Below, in pieces: positions 48,016 through 57,054 of a stretch of DNA of 57,054 nt (the stretch's first letter is position 1; each line of letters starts with the position of its first letter). The DNA is from an uncultured Flavobacteriaceae bacterium (GTDB lineage: Bacteria > Bacteroidota > Bacteroidia > Flavobacteriales > Flavobacteriaceae), in the NCBI GenBank assembly GCA_937930675.1, contig CALHCC010000042.1:1-57054 (forward strand), given 5' to 3'. The position numbers and the translations under genes were made by a program. The notes under the pieces are model-generated. The model made no database searches and was not told the DNA's origin. It saw only the letters and a program-made list of their open reading frames with translations.

Positions 48016-48468
48016 ATGGAAATGTTAAAAGTAGGAGACAAAGCTCCCAATTTTAAAGCAATAGATCAAAATGAAAAAGTAATTACGTTAGCTGATTTTA
48101 AAGGAAAAAAATTAGTAGTTTTCTTTTATCCTAAAGCAAGTACTCCAGGTTGTACGGTAGAAGCTTGTAATTTAAGAGATCACTATCAAACTTTTTTAGC
48201 TAAAAATTACGAGGTCATAGGAGTAAGTGCAGACTCTGTAAAAAGACAATTTAATTTTGCGAACAAGCAAGAATTACCTTTTTCTTTGTTGGCCGATGAA
48301 GATAAAAAAGTAATTAATGCCTTTGGTGTTTGGGGACCTAAAAAATTCATGGGAAAAGAGTACGAAGGAATTCACAGAACTACCTTTGTTATTGATGAGA
48401 ACGGAGTGATAGAAGAAGTAATCACCAAAGTAAAAACCAAAGAACATACGGCTCAAATTTTAAAATAA
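48016..48468 (+). CDS. bcp: Thioredoxin-dependent thiol peroxidase (BCP/PrxQ)
   Basis: FYPKASTPGCTVEAC and RTTFVID motifs. ATG 48016 lies downstream of TATATTTG at 47985-47992. Confidence 0.95.
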   Translation: MEMLKVGDKAPNFKAIDQNEKVITLADFKGKKLVVFFYPKASTPGCTVEACNLRDHYQTFLAKNYEVIGVSADSVKRQFNFANKQELPFSLLADEDKKVINAFGVWGPKKFMGKEYEGIHRTTFVIDENGVIEEVITKVKTKEHTAQILK

Positions 48469-48472
48469 CTTT

Positions 48473-48985
48473 ATGGATCAAGTAATTCTTGTAAATGAAC
48501 AAGATCAGCAAATAGGAGTGATGGAAAAAATAGAAGCACACGAAAAAGCGTTGTTACATAGAGCCTTTTCAGTTTTTATTTTTAACGATAAAGGAGAGTT
48601 AATGTTACAACAGCGTGCAGCAGACAAATACCATTCTCCGTTACTTTGGACCAATACTTGTTGTAGTCATCAAAAACAAGGGGAAAGTAATATTGATGCC
48701 GGAAAACGAAGATTGCAAGAAGAAATGGGCTTTACCACAGAATTAAAAGAAGTGTGTTCTTTTATTTACAAAGCACCTTTTGACAATGGGTTAACAGAAC
48801 ACGAGTTCGATCATGTTTTAATAGGAAATTACAATAAAGAACCCAAGTTAAACCCAGACGAGGCTCATGCCTATAAATGGATCTCATTAGAAGAAGTAAA
48901 AGCAGATATGAAAAAAAGCCCAGAGCAATACACGGCTTGGTTTCTAATTATTTTTGAAAAATTTTACGATTTTATTCATCAGTAA
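48473..48985 (+). CDS. idi: Isopentenyl-diphosphate delta-isomerase type 1
   Basis: LHRAFSVF, LLWTNTCCSH and EHEFDHV motifs. Confidence 0.95.
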   Translation: MDQVILVNEQDQQIGVMEKIEAHEKALLHRAFSVFIFNDKGELMLQQRAADKYHSPLLWTNTCCSHQKQGESNIDAGKRRLQEEMGFTTELKEVCSFIYKAPFDNGLTEHEFDHVLIGNYNKEPKLNPDEAHAYKWISLEEVKADMKKSPEQYTAWFLIIFEKFYDFIHQ

Positions 48986-48988
48986 ATT

Positions 48989-49189
48989 ATGAATATCATT
49001 AAAAAGAAAATTGTTATTGGTTTGCTGTTTTCTATCATTGCAATTTTGGTTCAAGTATTCGTTAAATATGCTACTAACTCTTTAGAAAGTATCCTATCAA
49101 ACTTAAGTAGTATTGGAATTAATTTTGTGATTTTCTTTTTGATAGGATATGTTATTTTAGGAAATTTATTAGCAGCAAAAAACAAATAG
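48989..49189 (+). CDS. Small two-TM hypothetical protein
   Basis: Fits tightly between idi and the next gene, with two hydrophobic helices. Confidence 0.7.
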   Translation: MNIIKKKIVIGLLFSIIAILVQVFVKYATNSLESILSNLSSIGINFVIFFLIGYVILGNLLAAKNK

Positions 49190-49192
49190 TAT

Positions 49193-49603
49193 ATGGAAAT
49201 TACAGTACATAGAGTGGCTTATTTTAATGCTGCCCACAGATTGTATAGAGCCGATTGGGATGATGAAAAGAACTACAATGTTTTTGGAAAATGTAGCAAT
49301 CCTAATTATCATGGACATAATTATGAGTTGGTGGTATCTGTTACCGGACAAGTAAACCCAGAAACAGGTTTTGTGATGGATTTAAAAATTTTAAAAAAAC
49401 TCATTAAATCCGAAGTAGAAGATACATTAGATCATAAGAACTTAAATTTAGAAATTCCAGAATTTTTAAACACCAATCCTACGGCAGAAAATATTTCTGT
49501 ATTTATTTGGAATAAGTTACGATGTCACATTCCTAAAAACTTAAAATTGTCGGTTACCTTGTACGAGACCCCAAGAAATTACGTAACTTATTCTGGACAC
49601 TAA
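49193..49603 (+). CDS. 6-pyruvoyl-tetrahydropterin synthase/QueD family protein
   Basis: FNAAHRL, CSNPNYHGHNY, LDHKNLN, TAENI and ETP motifs. Confidence 0.92.
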   Translation: MEITVHRVAYFNAAHRLYRADWDDEKNYNVFGKCSNPNYHGHNYELVVSVTGQVNPETGFVMDLKILKKLIKSEVEDTLDHKNLNLEIPEFLNTNPTAENISVFIWNKLRCHIPKNLKLSVTLYETPRNYVTYSGH

Positions 49604-49612
49604 TTTTTATTT

Positions 49613-50353
49613 ATGAAAGTAATAGCAATGATTCCTGCACGTTTACAGGCATCCAGATTTCCTAAAAAGTTGTTAAAAGATTTGTGTGGTAAAACCGTTA
49701 TTACACGCACTTATGAGGCAACAGTAAACACACATTTATTTGATGAGGTGTATGTGGTTACAGACAGTCTCCAAATTAAAACAGAGATAGAAGCTCACGG
49801 AGGTAAGGTGCTCATGAGTGTAAAAGAACACGAATGTGGTTCTGATAGAATTGCCGAAGCTGCTGATATGGTGGAAGGTGATATTATAATCAACGTTCAG
49901 GGAGATGAACCTTTTACAAGAAAAGAGCCTTTGCAAGATTTAATAGAGGTTTTTAAAAACGATATTCGTCAAGAAATTTCGGTAGCATCTTTGGTGCACA
50001 CCATAGAAGATTGGCAGGAAATAGAAAACCCTAACAACGTAAAGGTAGTGTTGGATAATGCTTCATGCGTACTATATTTTTCACGAGCTCCTATTCCATA
50101 TCCTAGAGATTCTTCTGTAAATACGGTGTATTATAAACATATCGGGATTTATGCTTTTAGAAGATCAGCCTTATTAAACTTTCCTAACATGAAAATGTGT
50201 CAAAACGAAGCTACAGAAAAGTTAGAAGGAATTCGCTTTTTGGAACATGGCATGAAAATGAAGATGGTAGAAACACCTTATAAAGTGATTGGAATTGATA
50301 CGAAAGAAGATTTAGAAAAAGCAAAATTACAATTGCAAAATGGAGAACATTAA
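49613..50353 (+). CDS. kdsB: 3-deoxy-manno-octulosonate cytidylyltransferase
   Basis: IPARLQASRFP.K, NVQGDEP, YFSRAPIP, HIGIY and EKLE motifs. Confidence 0.95.
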   Translation: MKVIAMIPARLQASRFPKKLLKDLCGKTVITRTYEATVNTHLFDEVYVVTDSLQIKTEIEAHGGKVLMSVKEHECGSDRIAEAADMVEGDIIINVQGDEPFTRKEPLQDLIEVFKNDIRQEISVASLVHTIEDWQEIENPNNVKVVLDNASCVLYFSRAPIPYPRDSSVNTVYYKHIGIYAFRRSALLNFPNMKMCQNEATEKLEGIRFLEHGMKMKMVETPYKVIGIDTKEDLEKAKLQLQNGEH

Positions 50354-51029
50354 AGTAATTGCTTTTGATGCAGATGATACACTTTGGGTAAACGAACCCT
50401 ACTTTAGAGAAGCCGAGGCCAAGTTTGCCAAATTACTAGCTAATTACGAAACTCAAAACAAAATTAACCAAGAGTTGTACAAAGTAATTACAGGTAACAT
50501 TCCTTTGTACGGTTATGGTGTAAAAAGCTGTATTTTATCCATGATTCAGTGTGCTACTGAACTATCAAACTATCAATTGCCAGCAACCGTTGTTCAAGAA
50601 ATTTTAGAAATAGGAAAGCAAATGCTTTCTAAACCGATAGAGTTGTTACCAGATATAGAACAAGTGTTAACGTATTTAGCCCCCCGTTACAAATTAATTG
50701 TACTTACCAAAGGCGATTTATTAGATCAAGAAAAAAAGTTAGCAAAGTCAGGTTTGTTAAGTTATTTTCATCATGTAGAAGTGATGAGTGAAAAAAATCC
50801 AGAAGGCTATCAAAGAATCTTAAAACATTTAGACATTCAGCCTAAAGATTTTTTAATGATAGGAAATTCTTTAAAATCAGATGTGCTACCTGTACTACAA
50901 ATAGGAGCACAAGCCATTCATGTTCCTTTCCCTACCATTTGGAAATTTGAAACCGTTTCAGATCAGATCAAAGCGAATTTTAACTACAAAACAATAACAT
51001 ATATTCAAGAAATAATTGAATTTTTGTAA
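50340..51029 (+). CDS. HAD-family hydrolase
   Basis: FDADDTLW, TKGD and MIGNSLKSD motifs. Confidence 0.92.
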   Translation: MENIKVIAFDADDTLWVNEPYFREAEAKFAKLLANYETQNKINQELYKVITGNIPLYGYGVKSCILSMIQCATELSNYQLPATVVQEILEIGKQMLSKPIELLPDIEQVLTYLAPRYKLIVLTKGDLLDQEKKLAKSGLLSYFHHVEVMSEKNPEGYQRILKHLDIQPKDFLMIGNSLKSDVLPVLQIGAQAIHVPFPTIWKFETVSDQIKANFNYKTITYIQEIIEFL

Positions 51030-51099
51030 TAAAATGTAATTTTTTACGTCATTATTTATAGATATTTCAGTTTTTTAAATTATAAGAAAGAAGAGGAAG

Positions 51100-51297
51100 A
51101 TGGCAAGAGCAATGTATAAGTACACATTAATGGTGTTAGAAAAAGTTAGTTTTGATGTTGATTTATTTTCTAACGAATTAAAAAAAGCAGTTAAACGTTT
51201 ATTGCCACATGAGCAAAACGAATTAAAATTATGGTTACAAAAGTTTGTGTTTATCAACCCTCACTTACAACCCGCCCAACTTATTATTAAGAAATAA
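51100..51297 (+). CDS. Small hypothetical protein
   Basis: 65-aa ORF with Y...VLEKVSFD..LF..EL.KA...L pattern, recognised as typical of small Flavobacteria proteins. Confidence 0.7.
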   Translation: MARAMYKYTLMVLEKVSFDVDLFSNELKKAVKRLLPHEQNELKLWLQKFVFINPHLQPAQLIIKK

Positions 51298-51379
51298 CGG
51301 TCTGTTTTCTTCTTTACTTTAGGAGTTGCAACAGTCCTAAAAACTCCATTTCTTTGTAGGCAACTAAAAACAGAAAATC

Positions 51380-53836
51380 TTGTTATTTAAGCCATATTTT
51401 GTAGATATTTTATTACCCATTCCTTTAGAAAGGCAGTTTACGTATAGAATTACAGAAGAAGAATATCACTTTCTTAAAATAGGAGCAAGAGTTGCCGTGC
51501 CTTTCGGAAAAAATAAAATATATACAGGAATTGCATATCGGTTACATGAAGAGGAGCCTCAGGCTTACGAAGCAAAAGATATTTATCAAATTTTAGACGA
51601 ATCCCCAATATTAAGTGAATACCAACTAAAACATTGGGCTTGGATTGCAGACTATTATATGTGTTCCTTAGGAGAAGTATTAAAAGCAGCACTTCCTTCT
51701 GTATTTTTACTAGAGAGCGAAACTACGGTGTTGCTAAATACGGCATTTACCAATCAAGAATTATTTACTGTAGACGAATCGTTGGTATTCGAAGCCTTAC
51801 AACAGCAATCACAAACTAATATTTCTCAGCTCACTGCTATCTTAGGAAAGAAAAGAGTGTTTCCTATACTTAAAAATATGATAGCGATGGAAGCTATTTA
51901 TTTAAAGGAAGAAATTTACGAACAGTACCAACCTAAAATGATTGCTTATATTAAGTTGGCAGACGTATGGGATACTTCTGAAAAACTTAAAGAATTATTA
52001 GAACTGTTATCTCGATCAGAAAAACAACGAAGTTTAGTCATGCAGTATTTTGTGTTAAAAGCACAGTTAAATGCTCCCATTTCTAAAAAAAAGTTATTGG
52101 AAACGGCACAAATCACCAGTGCTGTATGTAAAGGCTTAGAAAAGAAAGGAGTTTTTGAAATTTATGAGTTACAAACAGATAGAATTTCTTTTGATGCAAG
52201 CCAACAAACCATTCCTACCTTATCTACAGACCAAACACAAGCATACCAAGGTATTAAACAGAGTTTTCTTAAAACAGATGTTTGTTTGTTTTATGGGGTT
52301 ACAGGAAGTGGTAAAACAGAAATTTATGCACATTTAATACAAGAAATCATAAAGAAAGGGCAACAAGTATTGTTTTTGGTGCCAGAAATTGCGTTGACGA
52401 CACAATTAATTGTGAGACTTCAAAAGTTTTTTGGAGATCAGTTAGCGGTATATCATTCTAAGTATTCTCAGAACGAGAGGTTAGAAGTGTGGAATCATAT
52501 TTTAAATGGAACTTCCAAAGCTAAAATTGTATTGGGAACTCGTTCTGCTGCATTATTACCTTTTAAAGATTTAGGATTGGTTATTGTAGATGAGGAACAT
52601 GAAGCTTCTTACAAACAATTTGATCCTGCTCCTAGATACCATGCTAGAGATGCAGCCATTGTGTTGTCTAAACTACACAAAGCAAGTATTTTGTTAGGAA
52701 GTGCAACTCCCAGTTTAGAATCTTACTACAATGCTACCTTAGGAAAGTATGGATTGGTTACCTTAAATAGACGTTTTGGAGCTGTTCAGATGCCTAAAAT
52801 AGAATTGATAGACATTAAAGAAAAGCATAAAAAAAAGAGGATGACGGGGCATTTCTCGGATGTTTTGTTAAAAGAAATAAAAGAAGCGTTGGCTTTAAAG
52901 GAACAAGTTATTCTGTTTCAGAATAGAAGAGGATTTGCTCCCTTAATAGAGTGTGGTACTTGTGGGGTAACACCACAATGTCCTAATTGCGATGTAAGCT
53001 TAACAGAACATAAATTTAAGCAGGAATTAAGGTGTCATTATTGCGGATACCACCGAGCGATTCCTTTGCAGTGCGATGCTTGTGGAAGTACAGATTTAAG
53101 TAGTAAAGGTTTTGGTACGGAACAGATAGAGCAAGAGTTGTTAAGTTTGCTTCCAGAACATAAAATAGGCCGTTTAGACTTAGATACAACTAGAGGAAAG
53201 CATGGGTATGAAAAAATAATAACAGCTTTTCAGCAACGAGAAATAGACGTTTTAATAGGAACGCAAATGTTGTCTAAAGGATTAGATTTTAACAATGTTA
53301 CGTTGGTAGGAGTGTTAAATGCAGATAACATGCTAAACTTTCCAGATTATAGAGCTCAAGAGCGTAGTTTTCAAATGTTAACGCAAGTGTCGGGTAGGGC
53401 AGGACGTCATCAAAAACAAGGAAAAGTTTTTATTCAAACCTTTAATCCTTACCATCAAATATTACAGCAAGTAACCACGAATAGTTACGAGCAAATGTAT
53501 GCAGAACAAATAACGGATAGACGAAACTTTTTTTATCCTCCGTATTACAGAATTATTCAAATTACTTTAAAACATAAAGATTTTAATCTGTTAAACGACG
53601 GAGCAGATTGGTTAGGTAAATCATTAAAAAATACCTTTGCTAAAAATTTATTAGGTCCTACTTCTCCCTCGGTATCCAGAGTAAGGAATCAGTATATAAA
53701 GCAATTAATTATTAAGATTCCTCCCAAACAATCGATTAAGGCAACCAAAGAGTATTTAAAAAAAGTACGTTTTATGTTTGATGCTATCGGTAAATTTAAA
53801 TCGATCCGAGTAAATATAGATGTAGATGCGTATTAA
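51380..53836 (+). CDS. priA: Replication restart helicase PriA
   Basis: GVTGSGKT, DEEH, SATP, NRRG, four CxxC pairs and QVSGRAGR. Confidence 0.97.
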   Translation: MLFKPYFVDILLPIPLERQFTYRITEEEYHFLKIGARVAVPFGKNKIYTGIAYRLHEEEPQAYEAKDIYQILDESPILSEYQLKHWAWIADYYMCSLGEVLKAALPSVFLLESETTVLLNTAFTNQELFTVDESLVFEALQQQSQTNISQLTAILGKKRVFPILKNMIAMEAIYLKEEIYEQYQPKMIAYIKLADVWDTSEKLKELLELLSRSEKQRSLVMQYFVLKAQLNAPISKKKLLETAQITSAVCKGLEKKGVFEIYELQTDRISFDASQQTIPTLSTDQTQAYQGIKQSFLKTDVCLFYGVTGSGKTEIYAHLIQEIIKKGQQVLFLVPEIALTTQLIVRLQKFFGDQLAVYHSKYSQNERLEVWNHILNGTSKAKIVLGTRSAALLPFKDLGLVIVDEEHEASYKQFDPAPRYHARDAAIVLSKLHKASILLGSATPSLESYYNATLGKYGLVTLNRRFGAVQMPKIELIDIKEKHKKKRMTGHFSDVLLKEIKEALALKEQVILFQNRRGFAPLIECGTCGVTPQCPNCDVSLTEHKFKQELRCHYCGYHRAIPLQCDACGSTDLSSKGFGTEQIEQELLSLLPEHKIGRLDLDTTRGKHGYEKIITAFQQREIDVLIGTQMLSKGLDFNNVTLVGVLNADNMLNFPDYRAQERSFQMLTQVSGRAGRHQKQGKVFIQTFNPYHQILQQVTTNSYEQMYAEQITDRRNFFYPPYYRIIQITLKHKDFNLLNDGADWLGKSLKNTFAKNLLGPTSPSVSRVRNQYIKQLIIKIPPKQSIKATKEYLKKVRFMFDAIGKFKSIRVNIDVDAY

Positions 53837-53844
53837 ATAGATGG

Positions 53845-54192
53845 TTAGAAATGAAATACCCTGGTGTTAGGGCTATTCGTTAGTTTTGCTTTAGCAACTT
53901 CAATAGCTTCAAAAGAATCCGTTTCATATCTTAAAAAACAAGCCTTGCTACATAGTCGTTCTGTATCTTTAAGAATTTTTCCATGGGTTTTAGACTGTAC
54001 AAAATGCATCACATCTTCTGTGTGATTCCAATAGGTATAAGAGTAAAATATGGCAATCCCTTCGTTGTTTAATTCAGATTTTAAGTTCCCAAAACTATCC
54101 AAAGCTTCTTGGTGTATTGCTTTGGATAGTTGTAAAAATTCAGGAAGTAAGTTTCTTTGTTTTAAGTAAAACTGTCCAATAGAAACTATCAT
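53845..54192 (-). CDS. ABM/DUF3291-like dimeric alpha-beta barrel protein
   Basis: T.W......HFV....H pattern, 115 aa. Confidence 0.6.
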   Translation of the reverse strand: MIVSIGQFYLKQRNLLPEFLQLSKAIHQEALDSFGNLKSELNNEGIAIFYSYTYWNHTEDVMHFVQSKTHGKILKDTERLCSKACFLRYETDSFEAIEVAKAKLTNSPNTRVFHF

Positions 54193-54198
54193 GTTGTA

Positions 54199-54723
54199 TT
54201 AGTCAAATTTAGCATTAAAAGTATCGCTCCATTTTCCTTGAACACGTAATACTTGTTCTATAATATCACGTACACATCCTTCACCACCTTTAATAGGAGA
54301 AACATATTTAGCTATTGTTTTTATTTGTGGAGCCGCATCTTGTGGAGCACAGGCAACACCTACTAATTCCATAACAGGGTAATCAGGAATATCATCTCCC
54401 ATATATACAATATGTGCAGGATTTAACTTGTGTTTCTCTAAAATTTCGTTGTACTTTTCTATTTTGTTGTGTACCCCTAAGTAAATTTCGGTAACTCCTA
54501 AACCTTCTAAACGTTTTTTAACCCCTTTGCTATTTCCGCCAGAAATAATACAAACAGGAAAACCAGCATCTATCGCACATTTTAAAGCATACCCATCTTT
54601 AATATTCATATTCCTTACCAATTCTCCGTCAGGAAAAATAGTTACCATTCCGTTGGTTAATACCCCATCAACGTCAAAAATAAAAGCTTGTACGTTGTTT
54701 AATAATTCTTTATAACTTAACAT
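54199..54723 (-). CDS. kdsC: KDO-8-phosphate phosphatase (HAD family)
   Basis: FDVDGVLT, KDG, ISGG, MGDDIPD and GGEGCVR motifs. Confidence 0.9.
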   Translation of the reverse strand: MLSYKELLNNVQAFIFDVDGVLTNGMVTIFPDGELVRNMNIKDGYALKCAIDAGFPVCIISGGNSKGVKKRLEGLGVTEIYLGVHNKIEKYNEILEKHKLNPAHIVYMGDDIPDYPVMELVGVACAPQDAAPQIKTIAKYVSPIKGGEGCVRDIIEQVLRVQGKWSDTFNAKFD

Positions 54724-55462
54724 TGTGTTTTTCTTGTATAGATTGAGTTAATATTTTATAAATTTCTTTGTTTGTCGTATCTAATTGTGCTAAATGCTTA
54801 GCAATGGTTGCTTCATCATTTCTAAGAGCAGGTCCTGTTTGTGCTTTGTTTGGAGGTAGAATTTGAGTTTTTAAAAAAGTTTCTTGCAACAAAGGCTGTA
54901 GTATCTTAAAGTCTATGCGATGTTCTTTGCATAAATCGTAAGCAATTCCAATAATTCTATTGCTAAAGTTGTTTGCAAATACAGCAGCAATGTGTAGCTT
55001 TTGTCTTTGTTCTTCACTTAAATAAGTCCAAGAAGCAGCAAATAAAGTTACCAAATGTTCGAGTAAATTACGGTCTTTGTTAAATTCTACATCCAAACAA
55101 AAATGAATGTTTTTAAAATGGATACTTTTCTCTTTGCTAAAACTTTGTGGAGGGTACAAAATCCCCCTTTGTTGGGCCTGTATTTGCTGATAAGATACCG
55201 TTCCAGAGGTGTGTACGACCAATCCTTTTACATGTTGTAAATCTAGGGTAGCAATGGCATCGTCTGGCAAAGCAATGATATAGATGTCTGCTTGTTTAAG
55301 CTCGTACACGCTTTGCGTGGTCGCTAATAAATCTTTGTACAGTCGTAAACCTTTGCTAGATCGGTTGTAAATTTGAATTAAATGGATACCTGTATTGTTG
55401 ATACACTCTTTAATAAAATGAGAGCCTACTTTACCTGTTCCTAAAATGCAAACCTTTACCAT
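54710..55462 (-). CDS. Rossmann-like/DUF2520 oxidoreductase
   Basis: GTGKVG, HTSG, YPPQSFS, HIAAVFANNF and QTGPALRND motifs. Confidence 0.88.
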   Translation of the reverse strand: MVKVCILGTGKVGSHFIKECINNTGIHLIQIYNRSSKGLRLYKDLLATTQSVYELKQADIYIIALPDDAIATLDLQHVKGLVVHTSGTVSYQQIQAQQRGILYPPQSFSKEKSIHFKNIHFCLDVEFNKDRNLLEHLVTLFAASWTYLSEEQRQKLHIAAVFANNFSNRIIGIAYDLCKEHRIDFKILQPLLQETFLKTQILPPNKAQTGPALRNDEATIAKHLAQLDTTNKEIYKILTQSIQEKHNVKL

Positions 55463-55559
55463 GGGTCAAAAGTAAGAACTATTCTAAACACTACCTTGAA
55501 ATTAATTAAATTTGATTTCGACCAAAGTCTAGGCTATCTTTGAAAGAAACTCTTTATTC

Positions 55560-56126
55560 ATGAAATTACTTTATATTACCGTACCTGTATTGCTGTTAGG
55601 AATTTATGCTTTTAAAAGTAAAAAGGTAACATCATCAAACACTAAAACGTCTATTTACGATTTTGTGGTAAAAGATTTACAAGGAAATGATTATGATTTT
55701 TCGGCACTAAAAGGAAAAAAAATAATGATTGTAAACACAGCTTCTAAATGTGGTTTAACACCACAGTACGAGCAGTTACAAGAAATTTATACAGCTTATA
55801 AAGATGTGCACAATTTTGTAATTATAGGTTTTCCATCCAATAATTTTTTATTTCAAGAGCCAGGTTCTAGTAAAGATATTCAAGAATTTTGCCAATTAAA
55901 TTATGGAGTTACTTTCCCGATGATGCAAAAGATAGCAGTTAAAGGAAAGGATCAAGCTGAAATTTATCAGTACCTAACACAAAAACAATTTAATGGTTTT
56001 AAAGATTCTAAAGTAAAATGGAATTTTCAGAAGTATTTGATAGGTAGAGATGGAACTATAGAAAGAGTAGTAAGCCCAAAAACAAAACCAAATGATCCAA
56101 GTATTGTTGCTTGGATAAAACAATAA
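55560..56126 (+). CDS. Glutathione peroxidase family protein (Cys type, N-terminal signal/anchor)
   Basis: VNTASKCG, GFPSNNF..QEPG and WNFQKYL motifs. Confidence 0.93.
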   Translation: MKLLYITVPVLLLGIYAFKSKKVTSSNTKTSIYDFVVKDLQGNDYDFSALKGKKIMIVNTASKCGLTPQYEQLQEIYTAYKDVHNFVIIGFPSNNFLFQEPGSSKDIQEFCQLNYGVTFPMMQKIAVKGKDQAEIYQYLTQKQFNGFKDSKVKWNFQKYLIGRDGTIERVVSPKTKPNDPSIVAWIKQ

Positions 56127-56128
56127 AT

Positions 56129-56851
56129 ATGAATTTTAAACTAGATATATTAGCAATAGGAGCACATCCAGACGATGTTGAATTGGGCTGTGGAGCTACC
56201 GTTGCCAAAGAAGTTGCCGAAGGAAAAGTAGTAGGGATCTTAGATTTAACCAAAGGAGAGTTAGGAACCCGAGGCACTCCTAAAATTAGAGCCATGGAGG
56301 CAGAAGCTGCAGCAGGTGTTTTGGGGGTAGTGGTGAGAGAAAATTTAGGATTGCCAGATGGTTTTTTAGAAAATATTAAAGAGTATCAATTAAAAATAGT
56401 AGAGGTACTCCGAAAGTATCAACCCGATATTGTGTTGTGTAATGCAATTGATGATCGACATCCAGATCATGCCAAAGGAAGTAAATTAGTCTCTGATGCT
56501 TGTTTTTTAGCAGGATTAAGAGCGATAAAAACAGATATTGGTTTTGGAGAGCAAAAAGCATGGAGACCTGTTAATGTGTACCATTACATTCAATGGAAAA
56601 ATATAGAACCTGATTTTGTGGTAGACGTTTCTGAGTATATAGATGTTAAAGAGAATGCGATTAAAGCATTTAAATCACAATTTTACGACCCTACGAGTGA
56701 TGAGCCAGAATCTCCAATTACCAGTAAAACATTTTTAGAAAGCGTTACCTATAGAGCGAGAGATTTAGGGAGATTAATTAATGTAGAATATGCAGAGGGC
56801 TTTACCTCAGAACGTTATGTGGGGGTTAAAAATTTATCAGATATTTTTTAA
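56129..56851 (+). CDS. bshB1: Bacillithiol biosynthesis deacetylase
   Basis: GAHPDDVE, GELGTRG, DRHPDH, SQF and YAEGF motifs. ATG 56129 preferred. Confidence 0.93.
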   Translation: MNFKLDILAIGAHPDDVELGCGATVAKEVAEGKVVGILDLTKGELGTRGTPKIRAMEAEAAAGVLGVVVRENLGLPDGFLENIKEYQLKIVEVLRKYQPDIVLCNAIDDRHPDHAKGSKLVSDACFLAGLRAIKTDIGFGEQKAWRPVNVYHYIQWKNIEPDFVVDVSEYIDVKENAIKAFKSQFYDPTSDEPESPITSKTFLESVTYRARDLGRLINVEYAEGFTSERYVGVKNLSDIF

Positions 56852-56917
56852 AATTATTGTTTGATAAACACAATAAACCTCTTATATTTGCAACCGCTAA
56901 TGCGAAAGCACGCAAAT

Positions 56918-56992
56918 GGTGGTTGTAGTTCAGTTGGTTAGAACGCCTGATTGTGGTTCAGGAGGTCGCCGGTTCGAATCCGGTCTTCCACC
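56918..56992 (+). tRNA. tRNA-His(GTG) with G-1
   Basis: Anticodon arm CCTGA-TT-GTG-GT-TCAGG, GGTTCGAATCC T-arm, G-1 opposite a C discriminator. Promoter TATATTTG at 56883-56890. Confidence 0.93.
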
Positions 56993-57005
56993 CTTTTTTT
57001 TATAG

Positions 57006-57037
57006 AAAGTCTGTCTAATTTATAGGCAGACTTTTTT
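57006..57037 (+). terminator. Intrinsic terminator after tRNA-His
   Basis: aaagtctgtcta / taggcagacttt followed by a T-run. Confidence 0.8.
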
Positions 57038-57054
57038 GTTTGTAAGTGTGTTGT

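Noticed and set aside
55560-56126. Selenocysteine in the glutathione peroxidase
   Set aside because: The active-site codon is TGT (Cys) and there is no in-frame TGA
2944-56561. Numerous 60-145 aa ORFs nested in or antisense to long genes (e.g. 6427-6702, 27217-27654, 39078-39413, 51075-51257)
   Set aside because: They overlap better-supported genes almost entirely and have no recognisable motifs
1-57054. CRISPR array, IS elements or prophage
   Set aside because: No repeat-spacer array, transposase, integrase or phage structural genes were recognised

Overview
AT-rich chromosomal segment of a Bacteroidota bacterium, most likely a marine Flavobacteriaceae member. The assignment is inferred from recurrent TAnnTTTG -7 promoters, a T9SS cargo protein, lipoproteins, a sulfatase and GH-A enzymes. 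Most of the window is housekeeping: a partial thrA, lpxK, purM, type II glutamine synthetase, bshA and bshB1, a beta-oxidation operon, an ABC-2 transporter, katG, bcp, idi, kdsB, kdsC, priA, and four tRNAs (two Asp, Phe, His). The standout accessory locus (~28.2-33.7 kb) encodes two AraC regulators, a secreted EF-hand protein, two cytochrome P460 lipoproteins (one with two P460 domains), a probable beta-barrel, a CxxCH haem protein and a small membrane protein. The canonical P460 domains keep the cross-link Lys and distal Glu motifs, which suggests a hydroxylamine/NO-handling module in a heterotroph. Features absent from the ORF track include a Thr-rich leader peptide upstream of thrA, an orphan promoter-terminator unit (candidate sRNA), two covarying copies of a structured RNA motif, inverted heptamer arrays flanking a four-helix-bundle gene, and two decayed gene remnants. 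No CRISPR array, rRNA, integrase or transposase was seen. All family assignments come from motif recognition by eye, not database searches.
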